A DNA stretch of 64,000 nucleotides from Leucoraja erinacea (Eukaryota), in contig NW_026576313.1 of assembly GCF_028641065.1 (NCBI RefSeq), forward strand, positions 1 through 64,000. Reading direction: 5' to 3'. Both the position numbers and the translations under genes were made by a program. Positions 10,909-22,485 of this stretch are shown here, in pieces; positions within the stretch are counted from its first letter, which is position 1, and every line of letters begins with the position of its first letter. The notes beneath the pieces were generated by a model. The model saw only the letters and a program-made list of their open reading frames with translations, was not told the DNA's origin and did no database searches.

Positions 10909-10990
10909 GGAGAGAATGAATGGGTGATGTTTCGGGTGGAGTCTCTGAAGAAGGGTCTCGACCCGAAACGTCACCCATTCCTTCTCTCTC
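10909..10990 (+). ncRNA. Inverted-repeat Penelope-derived element with minimal hammerhead ribozyme core (10945-10972)
   Basis: CTGAAGA-A-GGGT(CTCG)ACCC-GAAA-CGTC; left arm GGGTGATGTTTCGGGT is complementary to the right arm. Confidence 0.65.
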
Positions 10991-11100
10991 TCCCTCTCTT
11001 TTTTTTTTTTTTTTTTTCTTTTTCAAAGACTTTATTCAACACATCAAATAATACAACAGATCAAGTCATACACAAAACGAACTTACATTATATCGTGTCA

Positions 11101-11850
11101 TTATAGTACACCATTACAATCATTATTCACAATACTCTCAACCCCACGCGGTGACCAGCGCCCACGGAATACCTCCAAAGTCCCCGTGAGCACCGCATGT
11201 TCCCTCTCCAGGGTCACACGTGCACGGACGTAGGCCCGAAAGAGGGGCAAGCAGCCGACTCTTGCGTGACCATCCATCGCCTGCTGCCTGGACCCGCGTA
11301 TGGCCATCTTGGCCAGGCCCAGGAGTAGACCGACAGGTAGGTCCCACCCGCCCGCTTGACTCTCCCCACACCCTGCCTTGTGTCCAAACACAAGAATCTT
11401 AGGACTAAAATGTAACCAGAACTTTAGGAACAACCCCTTCAGATATTGATACAGGGGCAGTAGCCTCTCACACTCCATATAAATGTGGAACACGGTCTCT
11501 TCCTCGCCACAAAAAATACAGGCAGCGGACGAGTCCGTGAACCGACTCAAAAGTTTGTTACACGCCACCGCTCTGTGCAGCACTCTCCACCCCAGGTCCC
11601 CCACGTAAAGGGGGACAACTCCCTTGTAGAGGGACCCCCACTGGGGACATTCCCCGCCTTCAGGGTCCGCACTACCAGGGGAGCTTACCCCACCCTCCTG
11701 CGTGCTAACACCCTCAGTAGGCCTCTGAAACGAGGGGACCTCCTCCGACCCAGAAGACACACTCCCAGGGGAGCCAAGATCAACACACGATGAGATCCCC
11801 CCCTCGGAGGGCCCCTTAGACAAAACGACATCCCCCCGCCCAGATGACAC
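11101..11850 (-). CDS. Tx1 ORF2 C-terminal zinc-binding region with a Ser/Gly-rich leader
   Basis: PQWGSLYK..GDLGWRVLH..CIFCGEEETVFHIYMEC..LLLGLAKMAI. Confidence 0.75.
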   Translation of the reverse strand: MSSGRGDVVLSKGPSEGGISSCVDLGSPGSVSSGSEEVPSFQRPTEGVSTQEGGVSSPGSADPEGGECPQWGSLYKGVVPLYVGDLGWRVLHRAVACNKLLSRFTDSSAACIFCGEEETVFHIYMECERLLPLYQYLKGLFLKFWLHFSPKILVFGHKAGCGESQAGGWDLPVGLLLGLAKMAIRGSRQQAMDGHARVGCLPLFRAYVRARVTLEREHAVLTGTLEVFRGRWSPRGVESIVNNDCNGVL

Positions 11851-13258
11851 AACTCCAGAGGAGGTCTACCCCCTCACCTGACCCTGTGGTACCCTCGAGA
11901 GATCCCTGAGGTGGATGCTCAACCTCCAACCCAGACGACGTCATTTCCTGACCTCCAACCACATCGGTGGTGGAAGATCTGGAAAAATCCACCCACCTAA
12001 CTTTGGACTCACGTCCCTGCTCTTCCTCACCAGGCCCAATCCTCCTTTTTGTCCCACTAGCATGCGGCGGTGTGGTAACCTCCATAAGGAGAGGGTCTTC
12101 CTCCTCCACACTACCCCCCGCCTCCTTACCACCCGCGCGTTTTGCCTTCCCTACCCCCTTCAGAGCCACCTCAGCTCCTTGCTGGGCCACGGCAGTTTCA
12201 CTCTGGACCCCCCTGGAGCTGACAGGCGCCCCTTGGGTGATCTCCGCACTCGGCAGTAGCACACCCGCTTGCTTTTGACTCGCTTGGGTGGTCTTTTTCA
12301 GCTTATTCTTCTTCTTCTTCTTCTGCTGCTCCCATTTCTGCTGCTCCCATTTCTCTCCCCCCTCACCCTGTGCCTCACCTTCAGCCACCCCCTCAGGTTC
12401 AGGATGTAGGGGGCGGGGGCCCTTGCTGCCCTGGGTCCCCAAGGTTGAAACTGCAGACCCAGAAGGGCTATCCCCGCTGCCCCGGATCACCGAGGCAGAG
12501 CCGGCAGCCCCTGCCAGGTCAGCGATTCCACCCCGCCCCTCCGAGACCTGACGAGCAACCCCTGATGGGCCAGCAGTGCATTCCTGGGCCGCTGCGCGAG
12601 AAGTTCTAGCACCGACCCCTTGATTAGGCCATTCCCTTCGGAGATGTCCATAACCACCGCACGCATGACACCATGCCTTTCCCCATCTCCAACGCACGGT
12701 TCTGGGGAGACCCCTACACTCCACCTCGAAACTCCCCTCATCACCTTCCCCCTCCCCCACCTTCACGAACACCCTCCTTTTGAAACTGAGAATCCCTTTT
12801 TCCTCCGGGTCCCCCCCAGGGTGCATGAGCCTAAAGCACTTAGACCACACCTCCCCAATCTGAGACAGGTGTGGAATGAGTGTCGCATCCGGAATACATG
12901 TGGGGCAACTCCGCAGGAGAACCGGTCTCACCCTGGACACCCATGGGTCCACCTGTATATGGACCCCCCCCACTGAAATCCCCCTCTCCACCGCTATGGC
13001 CACATCCTCCCGGTTCTTCAATATCATCTCAACCTTTCCCCTCTCGAGCTCGGAAGAGACAATAGCCCCCCTACCAAGAAGGGCATTCATAGCCTTCGTA
13101 ATTGATCCCCTGGACATCTGGGGCCCAGTTTGAACCGAGATACCAAAACTGTCCCAGTCCAAGTCAACATGAGGCTCATGTTCAGATGTCCTCGCTTCCG
13201 CTGCTGATGTCACTACTGTGTAGCTCCTCGCCTTCTGCCGCGCCCCCGCCATCGCCAT
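11816..13258 (-). CDS. Tx1-type ORF1 (nucleic-acid-binding protein, degenerate Zn knuckle)
   Basis: VLLRSCPTCIPDATL..SFKRRVFV resembles Tx1 ORF1; knuckle CHACGGYGHLRREW has last Cys replaced by Trp. Confidence 0.75.
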   Translation of the reverse strand: MAMAGARQKARSYTVVTSAAEARTSEHEPHVDLDWDSFGISVQTGPQMSRGSITKAMNALLGRGAIVSSELERGKVEMILKNREDVAIAVERGISVGGVHIQVDPWVSRVRPVLLRSCPTCIPDATLIPHLSQIGEVWSKCFRLMHPGGDPEEKGILSFKRRVFVKVGEGEGDEGSFEVECRGLPRTVRWRWGKAWCHACGGYGHLRREWPNQGVGARTSRAAAQECTAGPSGVARQVSEGRGGIADLAGAAGSASVIRGSGDSPSGSAVSTLGTQGSKGPRPLHPEPEGVAEGEAQGEGGEKWEQQKWEQQKKKKKNKLKKTTQASQKQAGVLLPSAEITQGAPVSSRGVQSETAVAQQGAEVALKGVGKAKRAGGKEAGGSVEEEDPLLMEVTTPPHASGTKRRIGPGEEEQGRESKVRWVDFSRSSTTDVVGGQEMTSSGLEVEHPPQGSLEGTTGSGEGVDLLWSCVIWAGGCRFV

Positions 13259-13901
13259 CCGGACAGAGGCACAAACCAGCTCCCGGCACTCCAGCAGCTC
13301 AGCAAATCAATTCCCAGGGACAGTCACAGTCCAAAGCAATCCTCAAAAAGCAAAGTCCTCCAGCTGAAAGTAGAAAATTCTCCAATTTCAATCCACTGCC
13401 GAGAAAACCTCGCCTTGTCTTGCCAAACGCAAAAGCACCTTCTTCACATTACGCCAGGCAGCCGCACCGTGCAAAATGACTTTAGGGCAGAGAAACAGTG
13501 CCAAAAACACGACAAAGACACCGAAAACTTCATACCCTCGCACTCCAGGCACTCTTGGCAGTCCGCCAATGACAGCCGCTCCCTCGACAATGTAGAGAAA
13601 TCTCAGGGCTTTTCACACTTGTGGAGGCATTTTTAACGCACAGGAAAGTTTGAACAGTCCAACAATAAGTTAAACTATGAAGCCCCTCTGCCTCTCTTCG
13701 ATCTCCTTCCACCNNNNNNNNNNNNNNNNNNNNNNNNNNNNNNNNNNNNNNNNNNNNNNNNNNNNNNNNNNNNNNNNNNNNNNNNNNNNNNNNNNNNNNN
13801 NNNNNNNNNNNNNNNNNNNNNNNNNNNNNNNNNNNNNNNNNNNNNNNNNNNNNNNNNNNNNNNNNNNNNNNNNNNNNNNNNNNNNNNNNNNNNNNNNNNN
13901 N

Positions 13902-16231
13902 GCTACCGGTTTACCTTTCTGTGTCAGGGCGGCCCCCAGTCCCGTGTCAGATGCATCACACTGAAGTGTCAACTCCTCTTCCTTGTTGTAGTACTGTAGA
14001 ACTGGTGCTTTAGCGATTTTGTCTTTCAGTCTTTGAAACGCCCCTTCTTGGATGTCCGTCCATTCCCACAGGTTCTCCTTGCGCGTGAGTTGTCTCAGAA
14101 TCTCAGAGTCATCTGAAAGGTGGTCATAGAACTTCGACAGATAGTTGACCATCCCAACTAATCTCTGTACCCCTTTCACATCCGTTGGCCTTGGCATCTC
14201 TCTGATTGCCCGTACTTTCTCCGGGTCAACCCTCAGTCCCTTGGCCGTGAGCAGATGACCTATGTAGGGTACCTCTTTTTGTCTGAGCTTGAATTTGTCC
14301 GCGTTCAGCTTGATGTTACGCTCTCTGCACCTGGTTAGAAAGCGTCTGACTTTCTCGTCGTGGTCCTTTCCTGCCTCCTCTTGTGTTGCTCCTTCCCCCG
14401 TGATTAACACATCGTCTGCTATGACGCAGACTCCTGGGAGGCCCTCCAGGGCATGCATGAGCTTTCTTTGGAACACTTCCGGTGCTGGGCTTTTTCCCAT
14501 GGGCATCCTTAGCCAACGGAAGCGACCAAATGGGGTGGCGAATGTGGTAAGGTAGCTCGACTCTTCCTCTAGTTTGACGTGCCAGAAGCCTTGCTTCACG
14601 TCGCAGACTGTGAATACTTTTGCCTTTGACATCTCCGGCAGGATGTCATCTATAGTTGGGAGTGGATAGTGACTTCTTTTTAGTGCCCGATTCAGCGGGT
14701 TTGGGTCTATACAGATCCTCAGCTTCCCATTATGTTTTCTCACTGCGACCATGCTACTGATCCAGTCAGTGCTGCGTTCCACTGGTGTGATTATCCCTCT
14801 TCTCTCTAGATCTTTGAGTTCCTCTTGTAGAGGTGTCACCATAGCTACAGGCACTCTGCGCTTTGGCAGTTTCACTGGCGGTACTCTGTCATCTATCTCT
14901 ATTCTATATTCACCCTCCATGCAGCCATCTCCAGTGAACACATCCTCAAACTCTTCATTTATTTTGTCCATGGTCACGGATTTGCCACTTTCTCCCTTTG
15001 TCACTGGGCTCGGCTCTGTCTTCACTATGTTGTCTATAGCCAGAACATTCTCGTACTGTACTTTTATCAACTTCATTGCCTCGCTGGCTTTTCTGCCCAG
15101 TAAAGGGATTCTGCTACTCTGGTCAACCACTTGAAACTCTAGTCTGTGCAGCTTGTTGTTTCTGGGGTTTCTGACCTTGACCTTACATGTACCCAGAGGA
15201 GTCAACTTGGTCTTGTTATACATCACTAGCACTTTTTCAGTGTGCTCTAACTGTGTGTCTGGGTTTAGTAGATCGATGGGGATGATATTACAGTTGGCCC
15301 CACAGTCTATCTGGAAGTCAACTAACTTTTCCCCTATCTTCATTCCTGCAAAGAGCTGCTGGCCCTGACTGTGGCTGTTTTTAACCTGGTTTACAGTTTC
15401 ATCCTCTCTATTTGCTTCAGTTATACAGTTGACATCCTCATAAGAGACACTGTCACTAGTCTGCTCTGTAACTGCATGCACTTTCTTAGTTTTCCCACTG
15501 CTCGCTTGTCTTGATCTGCACTGAACTGCAAAATGATTTTCCTTCCCACACCTCTTACACTTTTTCCCAAAAGCTGTGCATTTTTTCTTATTCCCCTCGT
15601 GTGTTCTACCACAAAACTTGCACAGTATCTCATTGTCTTTTTGTCTCTCTTCTGCCTGTTTCAGTGCATGTACCTCCTCCACTGTCTGTCCTTGCAGTGT
15701 TCTGCTATTCTTCCTTGACAGCTCTGTAGCTCTACAAATGTGCAGGGATGTCTCAAGAGTCAGCTTCTCTTCCATGAGTAACCTCTCCCTCAGTGCTGAG
15801 CTATTTGTACCACACACAACAAGTCGGTCTCTAATCAAAGAATCTCTAATGTCCCCAAAGTTGCAACTACTAGCAAGTATTTTCAAGTCTGTTACATAGC
15901 TGTCCACGTTTTCATCCAATCCTTGGTTCCTCATGAAGAATCGGTACCTTTCCACAGTCTCGTTTACCTTTGGGTTGCAGTACTCGTCCAACTGTATGAT
16001 CATTGAACTAACTGTGGTCCTCGCTGAAGGGCTAGCACTCGACAAAGTTGCCCAAAGTTCCCTGCCTTTTTCTCCGATGAGATAGTAGAATAGCTTGACT
16101 TTTGTGGTCTCTACGGCGTCTGGCATGGTAAGGTCTATGTACAGTGTGAACTCCTCCTTCCAACTTTTCCATGACTTCGCCAAGTTGTTGGAGTCCAAAA
16201 CCAAAGTTCCAGGGGGTCTTAGTCCTTCCAT
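13902..16231 (-). CDS. Gypsy/Ty3 (Mag-like) gag-protease-RT single frame, cut by gap
   Basis: CKRCGKENHFAVQC knuckle, IDCGA protease, RMPMG/IADD RT, LQCDAS RNase H start. Confidence 0.92.
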
Positions 16232-16287
16232 CGCTAGCTAATGTTTTTTTTTTTTTTTCTTGTTAATTCATAGACAATTTTCGACGT

Positions 16288-16302
16288 CCACCGCTGCCAC
16301 CA
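16288..16302 (-). promoter_or_regulatory. Primer binding site, tRNA-Leu type
   Basis: Minus strand TGGTGGCAGCGGTGG immediately after the LTR's CA. Confidence 0.85.
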
Positions 16303-16524
16303 TGTTTCATTATGTTCTGTCTCTATCTGGACGATACATAATGGACGATTAAAGCAGCTTTGCTTACTTGAACTTTATTGGCTTTGTGCAGTTCATCTCT
16401 CTGCCTCTGTATCCTTATCTGCAACTGGGCCACGAGCCCAGTGTCACCTCTAAAACAGTCCCCCGTACAACAGTAAAACAGTCCCCCGTACAACAGTACT
16501 TAAATAAACAATCCTATTGTTACA
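16303..16524 (-). mobile_element. Gypsy LTR (222 bp), with polypurine tract at about 16525-16543
   Basis: Minus strand TGTAACA...GAAACA; internal AATAAA; preceded by GAAAAAAGAAAAAGAAAGA and followed by the PBS. Confidence 0.85.
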
Positions 16525-16730
16525 TCTTTCTTTTTCTTTTTTCAAGTTAAGTCTCTTCCCCTTAGGTATTCTAGTGCAACAAACTTGTACCATATGCTCT
16601 GCTCATTTACAACAGATCTAACAACATAAGCAATAATAAATCAACAGTTCAAAACATCAGTTTTTTCCCACAAGTGCATAAACAACACATTTTCATTTCT
16701 TTTCTTTTCCTTTCATAGTCCATTCTCTAA

Positions 16731-18621
16731 TCACTGAGTATAGTCTGTCAGGTAGCGGGGTCTGATAACTTGTCGACCTGACCTGGTGACCGTGCCTTGG
16801 TTCTCTGCTGGGCCATCTGGCGGTATGGCCGCCTCAGTCACTGTTGGTGTGGGCGTGTTTTGTGTTGGTGTGAGCGTGGTGGGATTGTGTCTGAGGTGGC
16901 GACGATTTCGTCTCAGAACACCTCCTGACTCTAACTCCACCTCATACGATCTATGGCTCACCTGTTGGACCACTCTCGCTGGTCTCCAGCCCTTGTGTGT
17001 ATCACAGGGCTGTACTCTCACACTGTCCTCTCTTTTCAGAGTGTCCATGTCTTTTGCTGTGCGGTTGTAGTACTTTTCCTGTCTCTGTCTGTTGTATTTC
17101 AGTCCCTGTTCGTCGTGTGTTACCTCTGGCTTCAGCAGAGTGTCCTTTGTGGGAAGCAGGGTCCTGTCCTCCTGCTTAGGAGTCTCTGTGCCGGGCTTGT
17201 GTTGAGGCCCTGGCTCGGTGTGTTGCGATGATCCAGCATTCCCAAGTACGGATCATGTCTCGCTGCTGCAGCCTTCAGCATCAGGCGCTTGGCTGTCTTT
17301 ATCGCTGACTCCGCCTTCCCATTACTCTGCGGGTATCCCGGCGACGATGTACGGTGTTCAAAACCCCACTTCTGGCTGAAGTGCTGAAACTCTTGTGATG
17401 CATACTGCGGTCCGTTATCCGAGATAACAATGTCCGTAATCCCCTGTCGGGCAAAGTGTGCTTTGAGTTTTTTGATCACTGTGTTGCTCTTAGTGTCAGG
17501 TAGATAATCGACCTCCCAAAAGTTTGAATAATAATCCACTGTTATCAGATAGTCTTTATTGTGAAAGGAGAAAAGGTCCGTTCCTACTTTGGCCCAGGGT
17601 CTGCTGGCCATGTCATGTGGATGTAGTGTCTCTCTTTGTTGCCTTGGGTCCACTGACCTACATATGTCACATTTGGCGATGAAGGTCTTGATCTCCTCGT
17701 TCATTCCAAGCCAGTATACACACTCCCTCGCTCGCCTCAGACATCCTTCTACTCCCATGTGAGAGGAGTGGATCCTGTGAGTGATGTCCACCCTGAGTGC
17801 GTCAGGTATCACGGCTCTGTCCCCTCGGAACACTATGCCGTCCTGGAAACTCAGTTCATCTTGGAACGTGTGGTAGTGCCTGATGTCACTTGGTAGGTTT
17901 TTTTTTCTCGTGGGCCACCCTGACAGTATTCTGTTTACCACACTCTGTAACTTTGTGTCATCTTTTGTTGCAGCCCTGATGGCACTCAGCCTCTCTGCTG
18001 AAATGGGTAGGTAGCTGACCATGTTCACAGTCTCGATATCTGTCTCACTCTCTCCCATAGTGCTCTCTGGTAAGTATGCTCTACTCAGCGTGTCTGCAAG
18101 TAGCATATCCCTGCCTGGAACATAGGTCACACTAATATCATACTGCTGCAGTCTGAGTAGCATTCTCTGCAGTCTCTTAGGTGCACTAAGTAATGGCTTT
18201 CTGTGTATATTTTCTAGAGGCTTGTGGTCGCTTTGTACTGTGAACTCTCTACCATAAGTATACTGATGGAACTTTTCCATCCCAAACACTATGGCTAAGC
18301 ATTCTTTCTCTATTTGGGCATAGCCCCTTTCAGTTGGTGTGAGTGCCCTACTACCAAATGCTACCGGTTTACCTTTCTGTGTCAGGGCGGCCCCCAGTCC
18401 CGTGTCAGATGCATCACACTGAAGTGTCAACACCTCTTCCTTGTTGTAGTACTGTAGAACTGGTGCTTTAGCGATTTTGTCTTTCAGTCTTTGAAACGCC
18501 CCTTCTTGGATGTCCGTCCATTCCCACAGGTTCTCCTTGCCCGTGAGTTGTCTCAGAATCTCAGAGTCATCTGAAAGGTGGTCATAGAATTTCGACAGAT
18601 AGTTGACCATCCCAACTAATC
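16731..18621 (-). mobile_element. Gypsy pol 3' half (RT end, RNase H, integrase), frameshift near 17160
   Basis: YAQIEKE, DHKPL, HSSH..CDIC Zn domain, D(TDLF)-D(SDNGPQ)-E(GKAESA); C-terminal RRNRRHL..TRSGR in the next frame. Confidence 0.92.
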
Positions 18622-20632
18622 GGAAATTGGACACTTGGTTCGGAAAAAGAGGGAGATCTACAATAATTATAGGCAGCATGGAGTAAATGAGGTGCTTGAG
18701 GAGTATAAAAAATGTAAAAAGAATCTTAAGAAAGAAATTAGAAAAGCTAAAAGAAGATATGAGGTTGCTTTGGCAAGTAAGGTAAAAGTAAATCCGAAGG
18801 GTTTCTACCGCTATATTAATAGCAAAAGGATAACGAGGGATAAAATTGGTCCATTAGAGAGTCAGAGTGGACAACTATCTGCAGAGCCAAAAGAGATGGG
18901 GGAGATATTGAACAGTTTCTATTCTACGGTATTCGCCAAGGAGAAGGATATTGAATTATGTGAGGCAAGGGAAACAAGTAGAGTAGCTATGGAAACTATG
19001 AGGATCAAAGAAGAGGAAGTACTGACACTTTTGAGAAATATAAAAGTGGATAAGTCTCCAGGTCCGGACAGGATATTCCCCAGGACATTGAGGGGAGTTA
19101 GTGTAGAAATAGCAGGGGCTATGACAGAAATATTTCAAATGTCATTAGAAACGGGAATAGTGCCGGAGGATTGGCGTACTGCGCATGTTGCTCCATTGTT
19201 TAAAAAGGGGTCTAAGAGTAAACCTAGCAATTATAGACCTGTTAGTTTGACGTCAGTGGTGGAAAAATTAATGGAAAGAATACTTAGAGATAATATATAT
19301 AAGCATCTGGATAAACAGGGTCTGATTAGGAACAGTCAACATGGATTTGTGCCTGGAAGGTCATGTTTAACTAATCTTCTTGAATTTTTTGAAGATGTTA
19401 CTCGGGAAATTGATGAGCGTAAAGCAGTGGATGTTGTGTATATGGACTTCAGTAAGGCCTTTGACAAGGTTCCTCATGGAAGGTTGGTTAAGAAGGTTCA
19501 ATGGTTGGGTATTAATGGTGGAGTAGCAAGATGGATTCAACAGTGGCTGAATGGGAGATGCCAGAGAGTAATGGTGGATGGTTGTTTGTCAGGTTGGAGG
19601 CCAGTGACGAGTGGGGTGCCACAGGGATCTGTGTTGGGTCCACTGTTGTTTGTCATGTACATCAATGATCTGGATGATGGTGTGGTAAATTGGATTAGTA
19701 AGTATGCAGATGATACTAAGATAGGTGGGGTTGCGGGTAATGAAGTAGAGTTTCAAAGTCTACAGAGAGATTTATGCCAGTTGGAAGAGTGAGCTGAAAG
19801 ATGGCAGATGGAGTTTAATGCTGATAAGTGTGAGGTGCTACATCTTGGCAGGACAAATCAAAATAGGACGTACATGGTAAATGGTAGGGAATTGAAGAAT
19901 GTAGATGAACAGAGGGATCTGGGAATAACTGTGCAAAGTTCCCTGAAAGTGGAATCTCGTGTAGATAGGGTGGTAAAGAAAGCTTTTGGTGTGCTGGCCT
20001 TTATAAATCAGAGCATTGAGTATAGAAGTTGGGATGTAATGTTAAAATTGTACAAGGCATTGGTGAGGCCAATGCTGGAGTATGGTGTACAATTTTGGTC
20101 GCCTAATTATAGGAAGGATGTCAACAAAATAGAGAGAGTACAGAGGAGATTTACTAGAATATTGCCTGGGTTTCAGCAACTAAGTTACAGAGAAAGGTTG
20201 AACAAGTTAGGGCTTTATTCTTTGGAGCGCAGAAGGTTAACGGGGGACTTGATAGAGGTTTTTAAAATGATGAGAGGGATAGACATAGTTGACGTGGAAA
20301 AGCTTTTCCCACTGAGAGTAGGGAAGATTCAAACAAGGGGACATGACATGAGAATTAAGGGGCTGAAGTTTAGGGGTAACATGAGGGGGAACTTCGTTAC
20401 TCAGAGAGTGGTAGCTGTGTGGAATGAGCTTCCAATGAAGGTGGTGGAGGCGGGTTCGTTTTTATCATTTAAAAATAAATTGGATAGTTATATGGGAAGG
20501 GAATGGAGGGTTATGGTCTGAGCGCAGGTATATGGGACTAGGGGAGATTATGTGTTCGGCACGGGCTAGAAGGGTCGAGATGGCCTGTTTCCGTGCTGTA
20601 ATTGTTATATGGTTATATGGTTATATGGTTAT
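18622..20632 (+). mobile_element. Young 5'-truncated CR1 LINE with (TATATGGT)n tail; one in-frame stop at 19790-19792
   Basis: ORFs 18635..19792 and 19808..20521 with YRPVSL, QHGF, DFSKAFD, YADD. Confidence 0.95.
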
Positions 20633-21528
20633 CGTAAACAGTAAGCTATCTTGAATTATTCAACGACTTCACCACGCCACCTTGCCACTAAGCGGAAGTC
20701 ATGGAATGAGCGCCAATTTAGCAATTAAACAGTCCTGATCTAATAAAATGGTTATTCACGCTTTTACCAACCGAAAACTGTTGCAACGATTTAAAAAACA
20801 AGCCAGGGCAAACAATTTGGCAGCAGCCACTTGACAACCAATCAATTTTGTGAACACAAACTTTTTAAAAGGCGAGGCAAACAATTTGGCAGCAGCCACT
20901 TGACCACCATTCATGAGATGCCTCCTGACCCACAGAATTACTCCAGCATTATGTATCTATCTTCGTTGTAAACAAGGATCTGCTGTTACTTCCTACACAT
21001 AATAATCCGGTACATTATTAGAGATATATGAACATTGGTCCATCTTCAAGTACATTCCCAATCATTTTCTTCTGATAAACGGAACGGAAGTTAAACTGAC
21101 ACTCTACAAATTATGTGGTTATCCGCAAAAGCCAATGTTTGATTCCTGTGCACTGAAATGGAGACACAATAAAGTGCATATGCTGGTAGCTTGTGCAAAA
21201 ACCAATATCGGAGTGCTGGAGGAATTCAGCCATTCAGACAGCATTCTGTGGATGAAAATGAGCAGACGACGTTTCCGGTTGGGAACTTTATTGGAACGTT
21301 GAAAAGAAGCGACCTCATGGAAACCTCGCTTGTCAATTTCCGTCCTCTGATGCTGCCTGAACGGCTGGATTCATCCGGCAATGTTTCTTTTTTCTGCTTC
21401 TTTGCTTCTTAAGCCTCGCAATGTTTCGAAAAAAAGGCGATTGATCGCTTTATGCGGGGTATTTCTCGTAAAAATAAGTTGATTAAATTGAGATAGAGTG
21501 TATAATATATATATTTTCTGTGTTACAG

Positions 21529-22427
21529 CTGACTTGGTGGCAATCATCATTCTCTGTCGGGGGAAATGTGAGCTATCCAAATGCATCACCCGTTACCTGG
21601 TGGCCATGGCAGCTGCTGACCTCATGGTCCTGATAGTCGAAATGATCCTGTATGAAATAAAGAATTGTTACTTCCCAATCTCATTCTTCAATGACACTCC
21701 CGTTTGCAGTCTAAACCTGACCCTTCTTTTTATTTCCCTTGATTGTTCCGTCTGGTTAACCGTTGCTTTCGCCGTTGATCGATGTATATCTATTTACCAA
21801 CTACGATTCCGTGCCAAGTATTGTACTGAAAAAACGGCATCTATTGTGATAGCTGTGATATGCTTTTTCAGCGTTTTTCAAAATGTGCGTACCTATTTTA
21901 CATATGAACCGCGAGACATAATCGACAACGTGTCATGGTTTTGTGCCGTAAAACCATTCTGTTTTATCTCACCTGCATGTATTGCATTCCTTTGGATTGA
22001 CACACTCCTAAACCCAATTGGGCCAATTGTGTTTATCATAGTTCTTAATTCGCTTACCATAAGGCATATTTTAGTGGCCAACAGAGTAAGACAAGGGGCT
22101 TCGACAGGCGAATAAATCAAATGGTGAAACGTATCCTGAGATTGACAATCGAAGGAAATCTATAGTTTTGTTGCTTGCAATAACTGGGAGCTTTGTACAC
22201 CTGTGGATGGTAATATTTGTTTATTTTCTATCTATACCATTTACAGACAACCAAACATTGTCGACACATTTTAATAATCCTTTCACTATTGCTAAAAAAT
22301 CTGGTTATATGTTAAGGAGTGCTTGCACGAAAACCTTCATTTATGTTGCATCACAAGCTAAATCTGCGAAGAATTAAAATGTATTGTTAGATATCCTGTA
22401 TCTCTCTTGTGTAGTTTACTGAAATAA
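21529..22427 (+). pseudogene. Exon 2 of GPR139-like receptor, frameshifts near 22097 and 22365
   Basis: TTACAG| acceptor; DLVAIIILCRGKCELSKCITRYLVAMAAADL, DCSVWLTVAFAVDRC, NRRKSIVLLLAITGSF, CTKTFIY, EELK..YP. Confidence 0.88.
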
Positions 22428-22485
22428 ATTCAACTGTTTTACAAACCGAAAGGGTAGCACATTATTGAACGATGCATTGCTTTCT

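Larger units (their letters stand above)
10999..13713 (-). mobile_element. Internally deleted Tx1-type (L1 superfamily) non-LTR element lacking EN and RT
   Basis: Poly(A) tail (T run 10999-11017), AATAAA at 11031-11036, ORF2 C-terminal Zn finger directly after ORF1; 5' boundary not visible because it runs into a gap. Confidence 0.85.

Noticed and set aside
13670-13901. C-terminal extension of the 853-aa Gypsy ORF, and other X-containing ORFs
   Set aside because: Frames only run through N gaps
20806-20905. 29-bp direct repeat GGCAAACAATTTGGCAGCAGCCACTTGAC
   Set aside because: Real duplication, but only two copies with no supportable function; probably the interior of a small repeat
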